A stretch of 20,981 nt of DNA from Candidatus Dadabacteria bacterium (GCA_040289575.1 PSLL01000012.1:37096-58076); one strand, 5' to 3'; counted from the first letter of the stretch, positions 9,424 to 17,624 are shown. The notes: generated by a model not told the origin, from the sequence alone. A program made the numbers and translations.

Positions 9424-9820
9424 ATGTCACAATCCAAAGCTATAGGCCTTTTTGCCGAGATGATGAGTTGAAAAGAAGAAGACATTGACCTTGCCGAGGT
9501 TGTGCTTCTTCTCGCAAAAGAAAAATACCCTGATCTTGATATTGATAAATATCTGAGAGAAATAGAGCCGATGGCCGATGAGATTAAAAGGCGCGCAGGA
9601 CATAATACCAATCCCTATTACTTGATAAGCGAAATTAACAGGTATCTTTTCACCGAGGGAGGATTCAGGGGAAATGAAGATGACTACTACGACCCCAGGA
9701 ATAGCTTTTTAAACGATGTTCTCGATAGAAAAACCGGTATTCCCATTACACTCTCTGTTCTGTATATCGAGGTTGCAGATAGATTAGGTTTAAACATATT
9801 AGAGTAGGATTTCTGGCCAT
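9424..9820 (+). pseudogene. SirB1/transglutaminase-like (Transglut_core2) protein, 5' fragment
   Basis: ATG 9424 is in frame with ORF 9502 but interrupted by TGA 9469; DIDLAEVVLLLAKEKYPDLD...YYDPRNSFLNDVLDRKTGIPITLSVLYIEVADRLGL is typical of SirB1-like proteins; the following GVGFPGH motif is recognisable with two -1 indels (ttaG-AGTAGGATTTC-TGGCCAT); the C-terminal half is missing. Confidence 0.82.
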
Positions 9821-10208
9821 AGCCAATACATCTTATCTGCCATAGGTTTCCCTGCATCTCAATGAGGTTCCTGATTCCGGACAGCTGATGGAGACCATCA
9901 ATATTCTGGGTTATAAGGGTGAAGTCGGATTTCCTGTTTTCTAATTCGACAAGTGCATAGTGCCCGAGGTTTGGTTTTGCATCTTTTATTATTCTCCTCC
10001 GCCACTCATACCATTCCCAAACAAGCCTGGTGTCTCTTGCAAATGCATCAGGCGTTGCAAGGTCCTCCGAACGGTATTCCCTCCAGAGTCCATTTTTCTC
10101 TCTAAAGGTCGGAATCCCGCTTTCCGCCGAAATCCCCGCTCCCCTGAGGACGGTAATGCACGATGCACTCTCTATCATCCCTTTGGCTTCTTTAATTTTA
10201 CCTTCCAT
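9817..10208 (-). pseudogene. cobB: Sir2/CobB NAD-dependent deacylase, truncated and degenerate
   Basis: GAGISAESGIPTFR, LATPDAF, VWEWYEWRR, PNLGHYAL, LITQNIDGLHQ. Catalytic HG is replaced by QG (EMQGN), the first CxxC reads CIGY, and homology ends at ~9817 (no RP-x-V-V-x-F-G-E or GTS motifs). Confidence 0.85.
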
Positions 10209-10324
10209 ACTAGGGTGATCGTGCATCAGAAATTACACTAAATTTAATCCCATTGAGTCTTTTTAGCAATATCCTGTAACAGGGGGATGGGTTATCTCAA
10301 TATAGATGCGTCATCAGAGGTCAA

Positions 10325-11110
10325 TCAAATCCGCTTTTTTCTACCTAATGAAATCACATTAATCATCTCTTCGTGAATCAATCCATTTGTCGCAAGAGTT
10401 TCTTCACCATATATGTTAAACTCCCCGCCTGAAAAATCAGTTACTTTTCCCCCGGATTCTCTAAGAATTAGAGCACCAGCCGCAGTATCCCACGGATGAA
10501 GCCCAAGCTCCCAGAAGCCATCGTACCTCCCGCAGGCTACGTAGCAGAGGTTGAGGGCGGCAGATCCGTCCCGCCTTACGGCCTGGGCGTTTCTTATAAA
10601 GTTCTCAAAGTGTCTTAGATTTTCGTCTACCATCCATTCCTTCTCATGAGTAAACCCCGTGCATATTAGACCTTCCGACACGGTTCCCACTTCTGAGACT
10701 CTTATACTTTTCCCATTCATATAGGCTCCCTTTCCAAGCTCAGCACTGAAGAACTCATCTCTTGTAGGATCGTAAACTACCCCTAATCTGACAATCCCTT
10801 CAACCTCAAGTGCAATTGACACCGAAAAAACCGGATAAGTATGAGCGTAGTTAGTAGTACCATCTAAAGGGTCAATTATCCAGAGATATGCTGATGTGCC
10901 TTTGCTTTTTCCTCTCTCCTCAGCCAGAATACCGTGCGAAGGGAAATTCGATTCTATGATCTTGATTATGAGACTCTCAGAGAGCATGTCTACCTTGGTA
11001 ACTAGACTATTTTTGGCCTTATACTCAATCTCCCTTATCTTTCCAAGATTCTCTATGAGAATCTTTCCCGCTTCCTTAGCTGCCTCTTCAGCAACCCTTA
11101 TATAATTCAA
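10325..11110 (-). CDS. suhB: Inositol monophosphatase family protein (SuhB-like)
   Basis: LAEE, WIIDPLDGTTNYAH, RRDGSAALNLCYVACGRYDGFWE, LHPWDTAAG motifs; TTG start with GGGGAG SD. Confidence 0.92.
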   Translation of the reverse strand: MNYIRVAEEAAKEAGKILIENLGKIREIEYKAKNSLVTKVDMLSESLIIKIIESNFPSHGILAEERGKSKGTSAYLWIIDPLDGTTNYAHTYPVFSVSIALEVEGIVRLGVVYDPTRDEFFSAELGKGAYMNGKSIRVSEVGTVSEGLICTGFTHEKEWMVDENLRHFENFIRNAQAVRRDGSAALNLCYVACGRYDGFWELGLHPWDTAAGALILRESGGKVTDFSGGEFNIYGEETLATNGLIHEEMINVISLGRKKRI

Positions 11111-11111
11111 C

Positions 11112-11564
11112 CTACTCTCCCCCGGCTGACTTCACGGTGTGGGGAGTGATAAAATCATCGAGAACAGATCTTATCTTCTCCAAATCCTCATTCCGAAAGT
11201 CTGGTCCTGACTCAGAAAGATTCGCTCCTTTTCTGACAATTTGAAGAACTGCAACTACCTTGTCAGCCAACATAACTGGGTACGTAATCACCTTTTGAAC
11301 CGGAATACTTCCTCTATTGATAAGCCAATCCAAGATGACGAAGCCCCTCTCCTGAGGAACATTATTTGATATGTAAGAGCGCCTGGCGACAACTGTACGC
11401 CCAACTATACTCTTACTATCCACAGGAAAGACGTTTCCTTTGAACTCAGGAGGATAGACAAATTCTAATGACCCTCCATCACGATGAACACTAAGGACAA
11501 AAACACATCCCTGAGATAGGTTAAAGATTTTTGTGATCTTTCTATCAAGCTCTACGTAATCTAT
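11112..11564 (-). CDS. Standalone GAF-domain protein (~150 aa); probable start at ATA 11564
   Basis: The frame of ORF 11112-11423 is open for 47 more codons upstream (IDYVELDRKITKIFNLSQGCVFVLSVHRDGGSLEFVYPPEFKGNVFP); GAF-like SIVGRTVV..RSYISNNV, ITYPVMLADKVVAVLQIVRK, F..EDL; TAAGGAG SD before ATA. Confidence 0.7.
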   Translation of the reverse strand: MDYVELDRKITKIFNLSQGCVFVLSVHRDGGSLEFVYPPEFKGNVFPVDSKSIVGRTVVARRSYISNNVPQERGFVILDWLINRGSIPVQKVITYPVMLADKVVAVLQIVRKGANLSESGPDFRNEDLEKIRSVLDDFITPHTVKSAGGE

Positions 11565-11779
11565 CTCTTTATCTCCTTAAACCAAATATATAAAAGAAAT
11601 ACCATGATTATACTCAAATTGCCAAATATAAAAAGATGCAATGTCGGCGAAAGATAAAACACTTGAAGGAGAAAACCCTCAGCCAAGTCAAATCTTTATA
11701 ATTTTACATGAGGTTTATTATGGATGATGATTTCTTACTTGGGACTTATGCGTTCTAAGTGTCTGGAAAAATATGAGAC

Positions 11780-12325
11780 TCAAATCAGAGACTTGTAGAT
11801 ATAAAAGATACCGCCCGCCGGATTATTTACCCTTTCTCTTTTAATAAGACCCATCTTATGAAGCGTAGAAAGGCGATTATTACAGTTAGTAAGACTAATA
11901 CCCAGTTTCTCCGCCAAATCATTTGCGGTTATCCTTTTATTCTTTATAACCTCATCTAGGGTTTCTTTTAAATGTTTTTTCAACCCTCCAACGACATACC
12001 AGCCCTTAACCCCATCTAAGACAAGCATAGAGAGCCTTCTCTTTTCAAGCTTTGCTTCTATATCGCCCAGAACCTCCTTATTGTCGCACTCAAGAACCAT
12101 ATATTTCTCACCGTATTCGCCGCTGATCAACCTCTGGTAAGGGGTCACCACCGCCTCATCAGCAAATGAACCGCTAAACACCTTCACTCCGTCGAGGTTA
12201 AGGGTTAAGTTCTCCTCCTCCGGCATATTTTCAATAGCCTGAACTATCTCCCTCTGGGCGTTCCTACCCTCCTCTCTTGTGCCAACCATTTTCCCATATT
12301 TCACCATATTAATCTTAGTAGGCAT
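11780..12325 (-). CDS. STAS-like (DUF4325-type) domain fused to a C-terminal winged helix-turn-helix
   Basis: GTREEG...LTLNLDGVKVFSGSFADEAV resembles DUF4325/STAS; C-terminal ITANDLAEKLGISLTNCNNRLSTLHKMGLIKRE is a wHTH. Confidence 0.72.
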   Translation of the reverse strand: MPTKINMVKYGKMVGTREEGRNAQREIVQAIENMPEEENLTLNLDGVKVFSGSFADEAVVTPYQRLISGEYGEKYMVLECDNKEVLGDIEAKLEKRRLSMLVLDGVKGWYVVGGLKKHLKETLDEVIKNKRITANDLAEKLGISLTNCNNRLSTLHKMGLIKRERVNNPAGGIFYIYKSLI

Positions 12326-12352
12326 AATATATTTTCACCGTTTTCAATGAAG

Positions 12353-12381
12353 ATAATAATTCCATTAAAAAAATTTGTCAA
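12353..12381 (-). promoter_or_regulatory. Sigma70-type promoter for the STAS-wHTH gene
   Basis: Minus strand TTGACA (12381-12376), 17-nt spacer, TATTAT (12358-12353), about 28 nt before ATG 12325. Confidence 0.75.
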
Positions 12382-12459
12382 TAGCAATTGTGAGCATGAC
12401 CTACATATAGGGAGAAAGCCAGTAATTAACCGACTCTGATACCCAGCACATAAAAACCC

Positions 12460-12488
12460 TTGACATTTTTTTTGATTTAATCTAGTTT
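12460..12488 (+). promoter_or_regulatory. Sigma70-type promoter for the merR-like gene
   Basis: TTGACA (12460-12465), 17-nt spacer, TAGTTT (12483-12488). Confidence 0.6.
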
Positions 12489-12495
12489 GTATTCC

Positions 12496-12840
12496 ATGTT
12501 GAGCGACGTGGCGGAGATTAAGCTCCCTGACAAAATCTATTTTAGAATCGGAGAGGTAAGTGAATACACGGGTGTGAAACCCTATGTGCTGAGGTACTGG
12601 GAAAGCGAGTTTCAGGAAATCCAGCCAATAAGGAGAAAATCACAAAGGCTCTATGATAGGGAAACAATCCTCCTCGTTATGAAAATCAAACATATGCTTT
12701 ACGATCAAAATTTTACAATAGCGGGAGCAAAGAAAAGGCTCAGAGAGGAGATGAATCAAAAACGTGTAAGTACAAGAGTAAATGAGCTATTGCGTGAAAT
12801 CCTAAGTGAATTAAAATCTATTAAGAAGCAATTGGACTAG
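12496..12840 (+). CDS. MerR-family HTH regulator (type usually found next to ihfA)
   Basis: LPDKIYFRIGEVSEYTGVKPYVLRYWESEF...QRLY...IKHMLYDQNFTIAGAKKRL; followed by tRNA-Pro and surE as in the conserved locus. Start ATG 12496 (GTG 12508 is an alternative). Confidence 0.9.
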   Translation: MLSDVAEIKLPDKIYFRIGEVSEYTGVKPYVLRYWESEFQEIQPIRRKSQRLYDRETILLVMKIKHMLYDQNFTIAGAKKRLREEMNQKRVSTRVNELLREILSELKSIKKQLD

Positions 12841-12892
12841 ATTCTCAAATTCAGATATATATACTTTCCCCCTTAAACTGAATCAAGAAGAA

Positions 12893-12968
12893 CGGGGTGT
12901 GGCGCAGTTGGTAGCGCACCGGCATGGGGGGCCGGGGGTCACCGGTTCGAATCCGGTCACCCCGACCA
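12893..12968 (+). tRNA. tRNA-Pro(GGG)
   Basis: CGGGGTG/CACCCCG acceptor stem, D-arm GCGC-AGTTGGTA-GCGC, anticodon stem CCGGC/GCCGG with loop AT-GGG-GG, T-arm ACCGG-TTCGAAT-CCGGT, encoded ACCA end; 76 nt. Confidence 0.95.
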
Positions 12969-13020
12969 TTTTTAATGTTAATCGAATCTAGCCACATATT
13001 CGTGGCTCATTAAAAGTCAT

Positions 13021-13773
13021 ATGCCAATGCGGATTCTCATATCAAATGATGACGGAATAAACTCAGAGGGGCTTCGTGTGCTTGCTGAGGTTCTAAGAAC
13101 AATAGGTGAGGTGTTTATTGTCGCCCCCGATAGGGATCAAAGTGCGGCAAGTCACGCACTTAGCCTCTATCGCCCTCTTCGTATGGAAGAGATCGCACAA
13201 AACACATATAGTGTTGACGGCACGCCTACCGATTGTGTGAACCTTGCGGTAAATGGAATCCTAAAAGACAGAAGGCCAAACCTTGTAGTATCGGGAATAA
13301 ATAAGGGCGAAAACCTAGGGGACGACATTACATATTCAGGCACGGTAAGCGCAGCAATAGAAGGAACCCTTCTCGGGATCCCTTCAATCGCGGTCTCGGT
13401 CGTCAATAAAAACGGCTTTCGATTCGACACAGCCGCTTATTATGCCCTCTTGATTGCAAAATACGTCTTAAGAACGGGGCTTCCTAAAGGAACTTTTATT
13501 AATTTAAACATCCCGAGTCTTCCAAAAGAAGAGATCAAGGGAATCAAAGTAACAAGACAGGGAAAGCGCGTATACGGAGAGCCTATAGTAGAAAATGTTG
13601 ACCCGAGAGGAAGAAAATACTATTGGATAGGCGGAAATGAACTCGGTTTTTTAGACATTGAAAACTCTGATATAATGGCTGTCAATGAGGGGTATGTATC
13701 TGTAACGCCAATCAAACTCGATCTTACAGACTATGATTTTATTGAGAGATTGAATCGAGATTTAAAAGGATAG
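13021..13773 (+). CDS. surE: 5'/3'-nucleotidase SurE
   Basis: ILISNDDG, VAPDRDQSAASH, DGTPTDCV, VSGINKGENLG, YSGTVSAA, DPRGRKYYW, VSVTP. The start may be ATG 13027. Confidence 0.96.
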   Translation: MPMRILISNDDGINSEGLRVLAEVLRTIGEVFIVAPDRDQSAASHALSLYRPLRMEEIAQNTYSVDGTPTDCVNLAVNGILKDRRPNLVVSGINKGENLGDDITYSGTVSAAIEGTLLGIPSIAVSVVNKNGFRFDTAAYYALLIAKYVLRTGLPKGTFINLNIPSLPKEEIKGIKVTRQGKRVYGEPIVENVDPRGRKYYWIGGNELGFLDIENSDIMAVNEGYVSVTPIKLDLTDYDFIERLNRDLKG

Positions 13774-13905
13774 AGTATTCACACAAACGAAAAACTAGAT
13801 GGTCGCTGATTTAATGATATTTCATAAGATCGAAAACAGGTGTAAAATAGAAACAAAGAGAATACACATGTGTAATCTGTGGCTAGAGAGGATACTTAAG
13901 GTTCA

Positions 13906-14367
13906 ATGAACTTTATGATTGGCGTTATAGGAGCGGCTGAGGCTACTGCTCAAGAATCCGAGATTGCGGAAAAAGTAGGGAGGGAGATTGCGAAAAGAAA
14001 TGGCACACTCATCTGCGGCGGGCTTGGAGGCGTAATGGAGGCCGCATGCCGGGGGGCAAAATCAGAAGGTGGACTGACAATAGGGATAATCCCCGGCTTT
14101 AACGCATTGGATGCCAATTCTTACGTTGACATCCCCATAGTTACAGCAATGAGCCATGCAAGAAACATTATAATCGTCCGCTCAAGCAGCGCCGTGATTG
14201 CAATAGGCGGGAGTTATGGAACACTAATAGAGATTGCGGCTGCACTGAAGTTAGGAATCCCGGTTATAGGAATAAACACATGGGAGGTATCCTCGGATAT
14301 TAAAAAGGTTACAGATCCCAAAGAGGCGGTGGATCTGGCTTTTAGTCTCGCTTGTCGTCACGGCTAA
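13906..14367 (+). CDS. TIGR00725 family (LOG/DprA-like Rossmann fold) protein
   Basis: IGVIGA, ICGGLGGVMEAACRGAK..GGLTIGIIPG, ARNIIIV, GGSYGTLIE. Confidence 0.88.
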   Translation: MNFMIGVIGAAEATAQESEIAEKVGREIAKRNGTLICGGLGGVMEAACRGAKSEGGLTIGIIPGFNALDANSYVDIPIVTAMSHARNIIIVRSSSAVIAIGGSYGTLIEIAAALKLGIPVIGINTWEVSSDIKKVTDPKEAVDLAFSLACRHG

Positions 14368-15001
14368 CGAAGCCTGTGTAGAGCGCCAGTCTCCTGTCTT
14401 CAAGAGTGTGGAAGATTGCACTCGCAAAGGCATTTTATTTACATCAAGTGAAACCTCCCATGTAGTAGAACATGGAGAAACCCTTTACACAATATCAAGA
14501 ACCTATGGCGTCAGTTTGGAAGAGATCGAAAAGACAAATGGGATTGAAAACCCATTACAAATCTCTCCCGGTCAAATAATAATTATTCCGGGGCGCGTGG
14601 CTTCAGGTTTATTCTGGCCCCTTGTGGGCAGAATCTCCTCCCCATTCGGCAGAAGAGGCCTATTGGGCTTTCACCCGGGCATAGACATACCCGCCCCCAA
14701 AGGAACCCCAATTAGAGCCGCAGCCGATGGTTTGGTAATTGCAAGTGCCGGGAGTCTTGAGGGATATTCAGGTTATGGGAGAGTTGTAATTATAGACCAT
14801 GGATACGGAATAAGAACCATTTACGCACACAATAAGAAAAACCTTGTAAGAACGGGAGAATGCGTAAAAATAGGGGATATTATTGCGGAGGTAGGCTCAA
14901 GCGGAGACGCAAGCGGCCCCCATCTTCACTTCGAAATCAGAAAGAATGGAAAACCGGTAAATCCATTAAAATATTTGCCTAGCAATTTGGCCAATAATTA
15001 A
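14297..15001 (+). CDS. LysM + M23 peptidase domain protein (NlpD-like); start uncertain (ATA 14297 proposed; ORF track GTG 14408)
   Basis: LysM HVVEHGETLYTISRTYGVSLEEIEKTNGI; M23 HPGID, HGYG...IYAHN, GPHLHFEIR; position downstream of surE; the upstream in-frame extension supplies a signal-peptide-like segment KRRWIWLLVSLVVTANEAC. Confidence 0.85.
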   Translation: MLKRLQIPKRRWIWLLVSLVVTANEACVERQSPVFKSVEDCTRKGILFTSSETSHVVEHGETLYTISRTYGVSLEEIEKTNGIENPLQISPGQIIIIPGRVASGLFWPLVGRISSPFGRRGLLGFHPGIDIPAPKGTPIRAAADGLVIASAGSLEGYSGYGRVVIIDHGYGIRTIYAHNKKNLVRTGECVKIGDIIAEVGSSGDASGPHLHFEIRKNGKPVNPLKYLPSNLANN

Positions 15002-15013
15002 GGGGAGAAGTCT

Positions 15014-15535
15014 ATGGAAGACCTCAGGAGATACATAAGAGACATACCGAATTTCCCGAAAGAGGGAATAATATTTCATGATATAACACCCCTTCTTCAG
15101 AATGCAAAGGCCTTCGGGCGGGCAATAGATTCAATGGCTGAGGTACTCACCGGAAAGGGAGTAGAATATTTGATTGGCATCGAGGCGAGGGGTTTTATAT
15201 TCGCCTCAGCCCTTGCATACAAACTCGGCACTGGGCTTGTGATTGTAAGAAAACTAGGGAAACTCCCCTTTGAAAAAATAAACGCCTCATACGACCTGGA
15301 ATACGGAAAGGATGTGCTCGAAGTACATAGAGACGCAATCTCGGGAGGCAGCAGAGTCGTCCTCGTTGATGACCTTCTCGCAACGGGGGGAACCGCTGCG
15401 GCAGTTGGCAATCTGGTAAAGAAACTCGGTGGAGAAATCGTGGGATACTCCTTCCTCATTGAACTCACCGAACTCAAAGGTAGAGAGAAATTAAAACCCC
15501 ATCCCGTCTGGTCTGTGTTAGAATTTTTAATATGA
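15014..15535 (+). CDS. apt: Adenine phosphoribosyltransferase
   Basis: IRDIPNFPKEGIIFHDITPLL, GIEARGF, YDLEYG, VVLVDDLLATGGT PRPP motif; GGGGAG SD. Confidence 0.96.
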   Translation: MEDLRRYIRDIPNFPKEGIIFHDITPLLQNAKAFGRAIDSMAEVLTGKGVEYLIGIEARGFIFASALAYKLGTGLVIVRKLGKLPFEKINASYDLEYGKDVLEVHRDAISGGSRVVLVDDLLATGGTAAAVGNLVKKLGGEIVGYSFLIELTELKGREKLKPHPVWSVLEFLI

Positions 15536-16491
15536 AACCCATTGGCGTTATATTTAACCCATTTGCACAAACAAATAGAAAGGGGGCAGTAAATCAGCTC
15601 GATGCAATAAAAAAAATCCTCGGTTCAAATGCACTCGTCCGCGTCACAGACAGCATAGATGATGTGCCGATAGCTCTAAGGGAATTTCATAAAGAAGGGA
15701 TAAAGATCCTCTGCATTAGCGGCGGAGACGGGACAATAAGCTATACAATCTCCCGTTACATAAACCTCTTCGGATGTGAAGAGTTACCAATAATCGCTCC
15801 TCTAAGGGGCGGGACGATGAATATGCTCTCAGCCGATGCGGGGATTTCGGGAAACCAGATAGCCGTCTGCCGAAAACTAATTCAATCCCTGGAGAAAGAT
15901 AAAATCCATACAACCGAGCGCGGGCTCATCCGGATAATTGACTCAAGATTCAAACACCATAATTATGGATTTTGTTGGCTCGATGGATTTCCATATAAGT
16001 TTATCAAACACTACTACAAAGAAGGTGCAACCGTAAGTACCGCGCTGAAGCTCATCTTTAAAACGGGCATAATATCATTGACAAATATGAATCACGACCT
16101 TTTTCAAGAGGTAGAATCAAGGGTCTATGTTGACGATAGAGAGCTTCCAATCAGAAATCATCTTTTTTTAGTCGCATCAACTGTAAAGAGACTCGTTTTT
16201 GGATTTAGAATCTTCTTCGAGGAGGCACGGGCAGGAGAACAGTTCAGTATGGTCTATGTAACGCTTGCGTATTTTAAAAAAGTACGCTATCAACTCCCAA
16301 GGGCTCTATATATAGGGCTTAAACCCGACGAATCCGAAAACTTTCTGAATCAATCAACAAAGAGCTTAAGGGTAGAGGGAAACATAGGGTACATAATTGA
16401 CGGGGAGATTTATGAAACGCAGGAGCCAGTGGATATAAGACTTGAAGTGGGACCGAGGGTGAGGATATTTTCTCCAAGATCCATTAATTAG
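15532..16491 (+). CDS. Diacylglycerol/sphingosine kinase family protein
   Basis: VIFNP, SGGDGTIS, PLRGGTMN, C-terminal IDGE; ATGA overlap with apt. Confidence 0.82.
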   Translation: MKPIGVIFNPFAQTNRKGAVNQLDAIKKILGSNALVRVTDSIDDVPIALREFHKEGIKILCISGGDGTISYTISRYINLFGCEELPIIAPLRGGTMNMLSADAGISGNQIAVCRKLIQSLEKDKIHTTERGLIRIIDSRFKHHNYGFCWLDGFPYKFIKHYYKEGATVSTALKLIFKTGIISLTNMNHDLFQEVESRVYVDDRELPIRNHLFLVASTVKRLVFGFRIFFEEARAGEQFSMVYVTLAYFKKVRYQLPRALYIGLKPDESENFLNQSTKSLRVEGNIGYIIDGEIYETQEPVDIRLEVGPRVRIFSPRSIN

Positions 16492-16507
16492 GATACAGTT
16501 TAATAAA

Positions 16508-17614
16508 ATGGAAAGGGTAAAAGTAAATCTAAAGAAAATAGAAGACAGGTCTTATGAAATACTAATTGGAGAGGAAATCCTTAAAAGGGTCTCATTAGAT
16601 TTGGCAGAAGAAAAACTCGCTTATTCTTACGTGATAATAACGGACTCCGTTGTCTCTTCTCTTTATGGAAAGAGATTACTTAGAGAGTTTAAAACCACAG
16701 GTCTAAATACACATCTTATATCCTTTCCCGCGGGAGAAGAACACAAAAGCAGAAAAACTAAATCCAAGATTGAGGATAAAATGTCGAAACTCAAGATTGG
16801 AAGAGACTCAGCTGTGATTGCACTGGGTGGTGGAGTCGTAGGAGACGTTGCGGGGTTTGTTGCCGCAACCTACAATCGTGGGATTCCATATATCCAGATT
16901 CCGACTACGCTTGTAGCCTCCGTTGACAGCTCAATAGGGGGAAAAACCGGGGTTGATACCCAATTTGGGAAAAACCTAATTGGCGTTTTTTATCAGCCCA
17001 GGAGAGTCTATATAGATGTTAAAACCCTAAGAACTCTTCCAAAAAAGGAAATAGGAGGAGGACTCGCAGAGGTCATAAAATACGGCGTGATTAAGGATAA
17101 AGAGTTCTTCGAGTTCCTTGAAGAAAATATCGAGCGTGTATTCTCATTTGCTACAGATACCCTTATCCATATCATAAAAAGGAGTTGTGAAATAAAAGGC
17201 AAGGTAGTAGAACTCGACGAAAAAGAATCAAATCTAAGAAAGATTCTAAATTTTGGCCATACAATCGGACATGCGATTGAAAATCTCTATGATTACAAAA
17301 TATCCCACGGCGAGGCTATATCAATGGGAATGGTGGCTGAGGGGAAAATAGCCATGAAACTCGGATTGTGGAAGAGAGATGATATTGATAGGTTAATCTC
17401 TATACTCAGCCGAGCGGGACTTCCCACAAATCTTCCCCACATGCCCGATTTAGATCGAATGATTGGTACAATGAAGCTCGATAAAAAAGCAAGAGGCGGA
17501 AAGATAGAGATGGCCCTTCCGAGAAAAATCGGAGAGATGGCAGAAACTGATGGAAATTATGGAATAAGAGTGGAGGAAGAACTAATATTCCACATTCTTG
17601 ATTTGAATTATTAA
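16508..17614 (+). CDS. aroB: 3-dehydroquinate synthase
   Basis: GEEHKS, ALGGGVVGDVAGFVAATYNRGI, PTTLVASVDSSIGGKTG, KNLIGVFYQP, LNFGHTIGHAIE, HGEAI, DKK. Confidence 0.97.
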   Translation: MERVKVNLKKIEDRSYEILIGEEILKRVSLDLAEEKLAYSYVIITDSVVSSLYGKRLLREFKTTGLNTHLISFPAGEEHKSRKTKSKIEDKMSKLKIGRDSAVIALGGGVVGDVAGFVAATYNRGIPYIQIPTTLVASVDSSIGGKTGVDTQFGKNLIGVFYQPRRVYIDVKTLRTLPKKEIGGGLAEVIKYGVIKDKEFFEFLEENIERVFSFATDTLIHIIKRSCEIKGKVVELDEKESNLRKILNFGHTIGHAIENLYDYKISHGEAISMGMVAEGKIAMKLGLWKRDDIDRLISILSRAGLPTNLPHMPDLDRMIGTMKLDKKARGGKIEMALPRKIGEMAETDGNYGIRVEEELIFHILDLNY

Positions 17615-17624
17615 TCATATAAAT

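Noticed and set aside
9469..9471. In-frame TGA as selenocysteine or recoded Trp
   Set aside because: It lies in a non-catalytic N-terminal position of a gene that is otherwise truncated and frameshifted, and TGA serves as a normal stop elsewhere in the window (e.g. 4312-4314).
9687..10226. Sirtuin as part of an anti-phage system (Thoeris/DSR-like)
   Set aside because: The sequence is a classical CobB-type deacylase, is truncated and has no defence partner genes; residues past ~9817 are just the antisense of the SirB1-like relic.
12893..12968. tRNA-Pro as an integration site for an island or prophage
   Set aside because: No integrase and no duplicated tRNA 3' end were seen in the window; surE follows directly.
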